DNA from: a virus
Strand: one strand, 5' to 3'
DNA: 64,000 nucleotides
IMG/VR virus record: IMGVR_UViG_3300028393_000021
The position numbers and the translations under genes were made by a program. The notes beneath the pieces were generated by a model. The model saw nothing but the letters and a program-made list of their open reading frames with translations. It was not told the origin of the DNA and made no database searches. Of this stretch, positions 55,036-64,000 are shown piece by piece (the stretch's first letter is position 1; each line of letters starts with the position of its first letter).

Positions 55036-56487
55036 TTAATATTTTACTTTTTGTATTGCGAAGTCATATTTGGCTTCTTTATAAAACCGTTTTCGTTCAG
55101 TTAAATGTCGTTTAGCATATTTAGATGCTGCTGTTATGTCCCAGATCTGGACGAAGTCTTTGTCGTCTGCTTTTCGAATGCCACGCCCAATACTTTGTAT
55201 AACTCTAACAAAGCTCTTTCCGGGCTCCAAAAGAACCAGATTAAAAATACGAGGAATATTAATACCCACAGCGGCCACACCAAAAGTCGCCACAATAATC
55301 TTGTTATTAGCTGTTTTAATTTCATCATATTCTTCTTTTCTATCTTTGGTTTTGACTTCACCTGAAACAAATACTGCCTCTGGTATTTGTTCAATTATGA
55401 ATTTTCCCGAGTCAATTCTATTAACTAGAACTAACGTATTTCCTGATGTTGCAATATTTCGAATCATATTACTGATATATGTCATCCGTGTGCTATCAGT
55501 AACAAGATATTTTAATTCTTCTGCATAACTTCCAAACTCTTTCCACTCTGCGGTTTGTACAACATTTACATGACAATTACTTAATACGCCTTTTTCCTGT
55601 AACTCGTGTGCAGATATATGATGAATAACATCTCCTAAACTTGCTCTCAATGCTTGGTATTCGTGTTCTGCTTTTGGAATAGTTCCAGTTAGGCCCCATC
55701 GAATAGGTGCATTTGACAAGTTGTGGGTTAATAATTTCTTTAATACATCAGCTTTGGCCATATGTACCTCATCGACTATTACAGTATTAACACCGTCAAG
55801 GAACTCAGCTAATGACAATAATTCTTCATCATCGTGTGATTTTTTATCTAAAATATTTAGACTTTGCCAAGTACATATAGTGTGTGTTTTGTTGAGATCT
55901 TTTCTATCTCCATAATACACACCTACATCAAGTTTACAATTAACAAAGTCTTCTTCGGTTTGTTCTACTAAACTTTTGTTAGGAACAATAGTTATTGTTC
56001 TGCCATATTTTTCACATATTTTTGATAATGTAGCAGTGATAATAGTTTTACCTGCACCTGTGGCAACTTCTTGTAGACATTGTGGATTTTTTAAGAAATT
56101 ATTTACAACATCACATTGATAATCACGCATACGGATAGGTTTGCCTTCCATGATATGCCCTTTAGGCCAGCATAGATCACCCCAAAACTCTTCAGTGATT
56201 TCTGGAAATTCTAATGGTGGACTAGTTCGTTGATCGCTTACTTCGATATAATAATTTTTACTTTCTAAATATTCTAGCACAGGTCCAAGCATACTAAGAT
56301 ATGTAGTTCCACCTAATCCAAAGAAACTAATACTGCCATCCCAACGACCTAACTTATAACTAGGTCTAAAACGAGCAGTGGGATCCTCGTATTTGAATTT
56401 TTTGACCAATGCTTTACGTGTGTCAAGATCTAAATTTTCAATCTTAACATTTACCTCGTCTTTAATAACAATTTTACAGGAGGCCAA
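55036..56487 (-). CDS. uvsW: UvsW-like SF2 DNA helicase
   Basis: 'ATGAGKT', 'IVDEVH', 'GLTGT', 'GINIP', 'QSIGRGIR'. Confidence 0.92.
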   Translation of the reverse strand: MASCKIVIKDEVNVKIENLDLDTRKALVKKFKYEDPTARFRPSYKLGRWDGSISFFGLGGTTYLSMLGPVLEYLESKNYYIEVSDQRTSPPLEFPEITEEFWGDLCWPKGHIMEGKPIRMRDYQCDVVNNFLKNPQCLQEVATGAGKTIITATLSKICEKYGRTITIVPNKSLVEQTEEDFVNCKLDVGVYYGDRKDLNKTHTICTWQSLNILDKKSHDDEELLSLAEFLDGVNTVIVDEVHMAKADVLKKLLTHNLSNAPIRWGLTGTIPKAEHEYQALRASLGDVIHHISAHELQEKGVLSNCHVNVVQTAEWKEFGSYAEELKYLVTDSTRMTYISNMIRNIATSGNTLVLVNRIDSGKFIIEQIPEAVFVSGEVKTKDRKEEYDEIKTANNKIIVATFGVAAVGINIPRIFNLVLLEPGKSFVRVIQSIGRGIRKADDKDFVQIWDITAASKYAKRHLTERKRFYKEAKYDFAIQKVKY

Positions 56488-57646
56488 TCTTATTCACCTT
56501 TTTTGATTTAATGTTAATAACATTATTATGCCATTGTACAAAATTTTTAATTGAATGATGTATATTATAAAAATTAAAATTTATAACAGAATTAAAATGA
56601 ATATTCTTTTCAATTATAGGTTTAGGAATTTTGCCACTAACAAATACAACTTTTGTATTAGCATGGATTGGAGAATTTAATTTATTTTCTTTAATAAATT
56701 CATTAAATTTTTCACCAGTTTCTTTGGGTAATCTAAACATTACACTAATGTCTTCATTGGCAATATTATTAGTTTTTAAAAAATTCAATGATACTTTTAA
56801 TTTTTCTAATTCAGTTCCACCGGGTATTACAAACAATGTAGGTGTCATATTTATTATGATATCATTCAATGAAGTTAGCGTGTCTTCTTCCAACTCGATT
56901 GCCTCCATTGGGTCAGTTTGTAAAAACTTTTTAGTAAAATCACTGGCCGATTGCCATTCAGCAGTGTTTGCTATATGATCGTCCCAGGTAAAAATGCCCA
57001 ATCGTCTTGCATAGAATAAAGTTTCTATAACACTAAAACCAGTTGGTTGTTTAATATAATCTGAAATATTTACAAATTTTAAATTTCTGCCTTGGGATAC
57101 TACCATAGGTATATATCTGTCCATATTGTTTTTAATATCTGCAATTTGCTTTTGATATTCTCTAAATTCTTCGTAAACTATAAAATTATCTTCGTCTGCA
57201 ATTGCACTCACACATAACAATGTTTGTTCAGTTAATGCAAATTCCCAGGTCTTTTCAGTGGGATTCCAAGTTACATAATTACAATTATGTTTTTCTTTTC
57301 TAATCTTGTTTACTATAGTCTCATTATACGGAAATTTAACTCTAATTATTTTACCATACGTTTCATGAGCAATAATGCTTATGCTTTTAATATTATTAAC
57401 AATCCTGTGTTGAGTTCTAAATTTGGGACTATCTAAAAATGTTGTTATATCTTGATGTAGTATAGTGTTTAAATTTATCAATTGTTTTTTTAAAATCTTA
57501 ACGGAAAGCGATCCTTGCTTTTCGCTTAACCCTAATCCCTTGACTATTTGACTGGACAAACTTGATATCAAGTTTGAATCATAGGAATTCATAGTCGCAA
57601 TCTGCGGACTAGTAAACAATGCAAGAATTATATCTTCAATATACAT
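56474..57646 (-). CDS. Hypothetical protein
   Basis: TTGCTC-17-TATAAT-6-ATG upstream (probably leaderless). Confidence 0.7.
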   Translation of the reverse strand: MYIEDIILALFTSPQIATMNSYDSNLISSLSSQIVKGLGLSEKQGSLSVKILKKQLINLNTILHQDITTFLDSPKFRTQHRIVNNIKSISIIAHETYGKIIRVKFPYNETIVNKIRKEKHNCNYVTWNPTEKTWEFALTEQTLLCVSAIADEDNFIVYEEFREYQKQIADIKNNMDRYIPMVVSQGRNLKFVNISDYIKQPTGFSVIETLFYARRLGIFTWDDHIANTAEWQSASDFTKKFLQTDPMEAIELEEDTLTSLNDIIINMTPTLFVIPGGTELEKLKVSLNFLKTNNIANEDISVMFRLPKETGEKFNEFIKENKLNSPIHANTKVVFVSGKIPKPIIEKNIHFNSVINFNFYNIHHSIKNFVQWHNNVINIKSKKVNKIGLL

Positions 57647-57694
57647 AATAAAATTATAGCATCAAACAAAAAGGAGAGCAAGTCTCCTTGTGTT

Positions 57695-58150
57695 TTAAAG
57701 AACAATATCTTCTAGACCGGCTGCTCGAAGTTTAATGATATTACTCAATTGCCATTGTTTAATATCTAAACCTTTAATAATGCCCAGCCATTGATTGCGT
57801 AGTAGTGCAAACTCATTGATAATCTTTTCCATATCCACAACATCTGCTTCGCCGTCTACATACTTCTCAACGTCTCTACTGCTGAGTGCCCGTTGATAGT
57901 TTTCTAAATATTTCTTAAAAGTTTTAGAACGTAGTCGACGTAGTTCAATGTTAAGATATTCTAAGATACCTTCAATTTCTTGAAGTTGATTAAATCGATA
58001 AGCAACTAGACCCGGCAAAGCAGCAGAAGATTTTTCCACGTTGCCGTGGATGGTAACCTCTGCTCTTGCTTGTTCTAATTCAAGGTAATAGTAATCGATA
58101 CAACCCGGCAAGTGAGCAATATCCTTGCTTACTTTGCTGTACCATTTCAC
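57695..58150 (-). CDS. uvsY: UvsY-like recombination mediator
   Basis: 'SRDVEKYVDGEADV', 'KGLDIKQWQL.NI.KLR.AG'. Confidence 0.85.
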   Translation of the reverse strand: MKWYSKVSKDIAHLPGCIDYYYLELEQARAEVTIHGNVEKSSAALPGLVAYRFNQLQEIEGILEYLNIELRRLRSKTFKKYLENYQRALSSRDVEKYVDGEADVVDMEKIINEFALLRNQWLGIIKGLDIKQWQLSNIIKLRAAGLEDIVL

Positions 58151-58152
58151 AA

Positions 58153-58398
58153 TTAATCCTCGTCTTCGTAATAATCATCTTCAGCATCATGCTCATCAAT
58201 TTCGTTGAATTCATCAAGAACTAGTTTGATAGCAGAGTCAAGATGGGGGTCAAACCCCATTACCGCCTCTAATACTTTAACGGATATATCTTGACCGACT
58301 AAAAAATCAACGTAATGATTTGCTGCGGTTTCACGATTCTTTTCAGGCATATAATCCTTAAAAGTATCCCATACACCAATAATTAAATCTTCTTCCAT
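58153..58398 (-). CDS. Hypothetical acidic protein
   Basis: ORF between uvsX and uvsY. Confidence 0.75.
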   Translation of the reverse strand: MEEDLIIGVWDTFKDYMPEKNRETAANHYVDFLVGQDISVKVLEAVMGFDPHLDSAIKLVLDEFNEIDEHDAEDDYYEDED

Positions 58399-58399
58399 T

Positions 58400-59458
58400 T
58401 TATGCTTCCTCTGTTTCTACTGCCTCTACAGGCACAATAATAGTATCATCCCATTCGGCCATGATTACAGTTAATCCATCTTTTTCATTACTATTCCATG
58501 CTTTACGAAATTGTTTAATAATCTCACCGTCTTTAGTTGTATAAACAAGACTGTTGCCTTCTTTCTTCAACTTTCCCCTGGCTTCAAACAAATCAACTAA
58601 CCCACTAAATGGACTCATACCTGTTGAATACGGAATTTCAACTTGTACGCTTTCAAAAGGTTTAGAATAACGTGTTTTCATGATTTTACAAGCACTACGA
58701 ATACCGTTTACAGTAGTAGTTTTATTACCATCTTCGTCGGTTTTAAGTTTTAATTTACGCATTGCTACTACAATAGAGCTAGCGTAAATGAAACCTTGTC
58801 CACCTGAAATCTTATCATCTGGATCAAACATGTCTTGTGATGCATAAGTGTGATTTGTACAAATCATACCCACATTCCACGAGCCGAACATATTTACACA
58901 ATTACGAACAAGACTAGTAAGTGCTTTAGGTTTACGGCCCATATCACCCTTCATCTCACCTGCTTCAAACTGATTTACATCAGTAGGTGTTAACAACATA
59001 CCCAGAGAGTCAATGACAAACAGAATCTTTGGACGAGATTCTTCTGGCATAACTTTGTACTCTTTCATAAACTCAGATATAGTTTTTGCTACATCGTCAA
59101 TCATGGCCATGTTGAGTTTAAGTAGTTTGTCGTCACTGGTATCAACACCTAAATCTAGGAGCCATTTTTCGTCAAGGGCGTTTTCGCTATCAACTAGGAT
59201 AACGTAAATTCCTTGTTCTTGAGCATGACGAATAATGTTGCCGGAACAGATATAACTCTTTCCGGCACCACTTTCACCTGCAAATACCGTTACCTTACCC
59301 AAAGGAACTCCTTTGAAGAAGTCCCCCGAGATAAGATAGTTTAGAGCATAATTGCCGGTGCTAATCCAGTCTGTTGGGTCATTAAATCCTATACCAAGTC
59401 CATCAATGCTTTTAGTAATGCTTTTTCTAAACTTGCTAATATCAAAAGCCTTTCCCAT
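58400..59458 (-). CDS. uvsX: UvsX RecA-like recombinase
   Basis: 'AGESGAGKS', 'VDSENA', 'VIDSLG', 'TNHTY', 'SGG.G..YASS', 'KTRY'. Confidence 0.93.
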   Translation of the reverse strand: MGKAFDISKFRKSITKSIDGLGIGFNDPTDWISTGNYALNYLISGDFFKGVPLGKVTVFAGESGAGKSYICSGNIIRHAQEQGIYVILVDSENALDEKWLLDLGVDTSDDKLLKLNMAMIDDVAKTISEFMKEYKVMPEESRPKILFVIDSLGMLLTPTDVNQFEAGEMKGDMGRKPKALTSLVRNCVNMFGSWNVGMICTNHTYASQDMFDPDDKISGGQGFIYASSIVVAMRKLKLKTDEDGNKTTTVNGIRSACKIMKTRYSKPFESVQVEIPYSTGMSPFSGLVDLFEARGKLKKEGNSLVYTTKDGEIIKQFRKAWNSNEKDGLTVIMAEWDDTIIVPVEAVETEEA

Positions 59459-59469
59459 AATCTATCTCC

Positions 59470-60453
59470 TTAGCTTTTTTGACGATTGCGAATCATTGCG
59501 ATGATATCGGCTGCTCTGCTAGATGCGTCACCACCAGCACTTTCTACTTTCGGAGTAGAGGGTGCAAATGTGGGAATGTCATCTTCACTAATATCAGTTG
59601 TTGGAGCAGGCGCAGGCGCAGGAGCCGCCTTAGCTGTAGGTGCCGCAGTATCGTTATCACGACCGCCAAATCCTGCCGGTTTGAAGTATTGACTCCAACG
59701 AGCTGGATCATATGCTTCACCATCAACACTGGCTTCAAACATTTCTTTGATAGCTTTTAACTCTACTTCACCAGGTTTCTTAGGAAGAAAGTCTTTTAGA
59801 CTAAACAAATTATATTGCTTGATGGCTGCGTTTTCTGTTTCGCCTAATGCACGTTCACGGCGCGACCAAGTGCTGGTAGAATAATCAGCATACCCACCTT
59901 TAGAAGTTTTAGCAATCTTAAAATCTAAACCGCGAACAAAGTCAGTGGGCATTTCTTCAATTTCACTATCCATTAACGCATTCTTAACAATGTTAAAAAT
60001 TTGACTACCAATAATAAATCGACGAATTGGATTCTCAGGTGTCTTACCTTCTTCTTGGTATTTGCTGTCAACTACAAAGCCTTGGAACAAGTAAGATTTC
60101 TTTTTCCAGTACTTACGACCCATCTCTTCCAAAGATTTATCTTTGAACCATGGACGCACTTCTGTTAATACTGGACATGTCTCGCCCCACATTTCCATAC
60201 ATGGAACTTGTACAGTGACAGGTTTGGAATTTGTTTCGCCTTTAATACCAGCAAACGGCAATTTGATCATTGCACGTTCAATCCAGAAAAAAGTATTGCT
60301 TGAATCACCGTCAGGTAAGAAACGAACCGTTGCGGTTTGTCCTTCTGCGATATTCCAATGGGGGTAAATTGCGTTGTCTCCGCCGGATGCGCTTCCGCCG
60401 TTTTGTTGAGATGATGCTTGAAGTTTTGCGCGAATTTCAGCTAAAGTTGCCAT
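59470..60453 (-). CDS. Single-stranded DNA-binding protein (T4 gp32-like)
   Basis: 'ATVRFLPD', 'CPV', 'WKKKSY', 'GLDFKI', 'YADYSTS'; acidic tail. Confidence 0.88.
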   Translation of the reverse strand: MATLAEIRAKLQASSQQNGGSASGGDNAIYPHWNIAEGQTATVRFLPDGDSSNTFFWIERAMIKLPFAGIKGETNSKPVTVQVPCMEMWGETCPVLTEVRPWFKDKSLEEMGRKYWKKKSYLFQGFVVDSKYQEEGKTPENPIRRFIIGSQIFNIVKNALMDSEIEEMPTDFVRGLDFKIAKTSKGGYADYSTSTWSRRERALGETENAAIKQYNLFSLKDFLPKKPGEVELKAIKEMFEASVDGEAYDPARWSQYFKPAGFGGRDNDTAAPTAKAAPAPAPAPTTDISEDDIPTFAPSTPKVESAGGDASSRAADIIAMIRNRQKS

Positions 60454-60508
60454 AATGTTTTTCCTTAATAAATGTTATATTATGCCTCTTCTTTAAAGCC
60501 AACTGACT

Positions 60509-60557
60509 AAAAAGAAAAATGTGTGCATACGATTAAGTATACACACATCTATTTATA
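60509..60557 (-). promoter_or_regulatory. TATAAATA late promoter, 12-bp hairpin and U-tract upstream of the SSB gene
   Basis: Minus strand: TATAAATA-g-atgtgtgtatac-ttaatc-gtatgcacacat-ttttcttttt. Confidence 0.6.
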
Positions 60558-60588
60558 CACACAACCTAAAAGGCTGCAATAATATGGT

Positions 60589-62853
60589 TTATTTTGCCAA
60601 TCCGGCTAACTTCATAATGCTTTCAAGTTCAAATGATTCTTTTGGTAATCGTGGGCTACTCCAAACTTTGGCGCCCGAATCTTTATTTTTTTGGTCGATT
60701 GATTTTTTTGCTAAGTCCTGACCTGGTTGTTTTTGCTTTCGAATATATGCTGGAACATTAACTGGATCTACGCTATCTTCTTGTGCATTTTTAAGTTTAC
60801 CTGTGCGCTCTAAATCTTTCAGCATGTCAATACGATCACGAACTCCAGCAATGCCTGGTTTGATAGCATGAGCAGCCATACGTTGTTGATATGTTGGATT
60901 ATCGGCATGTTTCATTGTGGTATCATATTGATGACTGTGTTGAGGATTATTCTCTTCCATTTCAGGTTGACCCATGCCTTCTACTTTTTGTTTAATATTG
61001 CCTACTAGTTCCATCATTCTTGCTAATCCGTCGTCTTGGTGACCGTTAGCAACTTTGCCATGCTTTTGGTGCCATTGCTGTGTTAATTTTTCCATGAATG
61101 TTCTTGCCATTTCGCCTGCTTGCTTGCCAGCTTTCTCGCCAAACTTTTCACTAATTTGTTTTTCTACATCAATAACAATACCCTCCTCTCCACGGAATGG
61201 GCCCACGGATTCGTTAGATGCATTATAAAAACTTTTAACAATTTTAGCTACTTCTTGTACCATGCTGCCCTTACTACCTTCTGCTACTGGTTGTTCGGGT
61301 GCTGCTGGTGCTGCTGGAGGTACTTCAGGTGCAGCTGGAGGTGCTTCGCCCCCTTCCATACCCAATGCTGCCAACAATGCTGGATTATTTTCTTTTGCCC
61401 ATGATTGAAATAATTGAATAGGAGTTGCTCGAATTTCCTCATCTCTGCCTTGTTCGTCGTGTAATGATGTTTCAAATTCATCAAAATTTGGTAATTCTAC
61501 TAGACCTAAATCAGGATTACTAAAGAATGCATCTGCTGCTGTAGAATCTAATTCTGGTCCTTGCTCGCCTTGTGGTAATGCTTCAATTGCTGCTTTTAAA
61601 TTATTAAGTTGGTCAGGTGTAAGTGTGCCTTTTTCTGTTGATTCGGCCCACTCTTCAAATTTTTCAAATCCTTCTTTTGGCATTGCCTGTTTTGCTAAAT
61701 GCTTTGCTCTGGACTGACCGCCGTGATCAGCGCCGTCGGAACCTTTTGTGTCAGTAGATGTGTCATCATCTTTTTCACGGGCATCTGCTTCGTCGTCTGT
61801 TTCCCATGGACGAGCACCTTCTTCTACATATTCTTCAAGGTCAACGGTATTAGCCTCACGCATGATGCTATGTAGTAGTGGAAAAAATCCAACTAATTCT
61901 TCTTGGAAATTTGTTTGTGTAAATTTACTCTTGTAATCTTCTAATGTTACTGCGTCGAGGACCATTTCATCTGTTGCTGGTTCCATGCCTGAATTATCAA
62001 AATCTTCTTTCCATGATTGGTAATGATGGCGTTTGCCTAATGCTGCTACTCGTGCCTTAAGTTCGTTCATGTGGCCTATGGCTCGTTCCGCAATTCCATG
62101 TGCATCGGCGTGCAATGAACTACGTTGTATGTGTCGTTGGAATTCACCCAACGCTGCAATGTTTTCACTCATTTTAATGATTGCTTTGCCTGCTGGATCA
62201 TGTGGAATACCGCCATGATCTACGTGTTGTGCCATTGCAAACGCACCTGCTGTGTGTATAAATGGATATTTAAAACGCTCGCCGTCTGAATTTTGTATAA
62301 AAATTGCTTTGATATTTTTACTTTGGCTACGAGCGCCTGGATATGTTTCTGCTACCTTATTTGCGTGACGTACAATAACTTCTGTCTTGCCCTGTACGGC
62401 GCGGCTAGTCTTGCTAGAACTTTTTTGATTCCAGCGTGATTCGTTCATAGTTGTCATATCTAGGTCTTCCTTGGGGCCTTGTGTTGCGGCCAAATGTTGA
62501 AAATCATTTTTGTCGAGATGTGTTTTTGCAATATCTCTAGTATCAAATCTTAACAATCTTCTCATTGAAAATAGTCGCATTTCTTTGAGAAAATTGTACC
62601 ACATTTTTCTAGCAGGGTCATCTTGATTTTCGGTAATGCCCTGACTATAATAAACTTTTAAACTTCCTGCGTCATTTAAACTGATGCTAACTCTGCCTAG
62701 ATTAACACCCTCATTAATAAAATCAAAATCAAAGAATCTTGCTTCTGCTGGATCAATAGTAACCGCACCAGTTTCGTCACCCATTTCTAGATTTTGAAAA
62801 CGACTACGAATTTTATCGAATAAATCTTGAGATATTAGTTGTATGGCTTTCAT
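60589..62853 (-). CDS. Large acidic hypothetical protein (late; possibly head-internal)
   Basis: TAAATA-6-ATG; low-complexity linkers. Confidence 0.7.
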   Translation of the reverse strand: MKAIQLISQDLFDKIRSRFQNLEMGDETGAVTIDPAEARFFDFDFINEGVNLGRVSISLNDAGSLKVYYSQGITENQDDPARKMWYNFLKEMRLFSMRRLLRFDTRDIAKTHLDKNDFQHLAATQGPKEDLDMTTMNESRWNQKSSSKTSRAVQGKTEVIVRHANKVAETYPGARSQSKNIKAIFIQNSDGERFKYPFIHTAGAFAMAQHVDHGGIPHDPAGKAIIKMSENIAALGEFQRHIQRSSLHADAHGIAERAIGHMNELKARVAALGKRHHYQSWKEDFDNSGMEPATDEMVLDAVTLEDYKSKFTQTNFQEELVGFFPLLHSIMREANTVDLEEYVEEGARPWETDDEADAREKDDDTSTDTKGSDGADHGGQSRAKHLAKQAMPKEGFEKFEEWAESTEKGTLTPDQLNNLKAAIEALPQGEQGPELDSTAADAFFSNPDLGLVELPNFDEFETSLHDEQGRDEEIRATPIQLFQSWAKENNPALLAALGMEGGEAPPAAPEVPPAAPAAPEQPVAEGSKGSMVQEVAKIVKSFYNASNESVGPFRGEEGIVIDVEKQISEKFGEKAGKQAGEMARTFMEKLTQQWHQKHGKVANGHQDDGLARMMELVGNIKQKVEGMGQPEMEENNPQHSHQYDTTMKHADNPTYQQRMAAHAIKPGIAGVRDRIDMLKDLERTGKLKNAQEDSVDPVNVPAYIRKQKQPGQDLAKKSIDQKNKDSGAKVWSSPRLPKESFELESIMKLAGLAK

Positions 62854-62865
62854 ATAAGTTATTTA

Positions 62866-64000
<1,135 letters not shown>

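Overview
A 64-kb, AT-rich segment of a large T4-like (myovirus-type) dsDNA phage, probably aquatic. The host is probably proteobacterial (inferred from the IscA, ErpA, IF-1 and YqgE sequences). Layout: (1) 1-27.4 kb, mostly minus strand: Ig-repeat and collagen-like fibre proteins, putative head-packaged proteins, a secreted nuclease, HNH, IF-1, DNA ligase, erpA/iscA, a SleB-like hydrolase, and a glycosyltransferase-like/radical-SAM cluster. (2) 27.9-29.0 kb: a homing-endonuclease-like ORF, a tRNA(CAT) and structured RNA candidates. (3) 29-43.3 kb: an early island of about 45 small ORFs driven by about 29 near-consensus sigma70 promoter cassettes. (4) 43.5-48.4 kb: an outer-membrane protein, a circularly permuted two-piece tmRNA, a methyltransferase, a nucleotidyltransferase and YqgE. 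(5) 48.3-64 kb: T4-like core genes (gp41, gp61, UvsW, UvsY, UvsX, gp32, partial gp17) plus a mini-DnaE and dCMP deaminase. The most unusual signal is a strand-specific loss of TC/CC dinucleotides in the four genes around the divergent promoter at 29.6 kb. Other highlights are the hairpin-flanked promoter-cassette array, apparently leaderless late genes, the permuted tmRNA, and N-termini resembling T4 capsid-targeting sequences. All calls come from manual motif reading; no database searches or folding programs were run.
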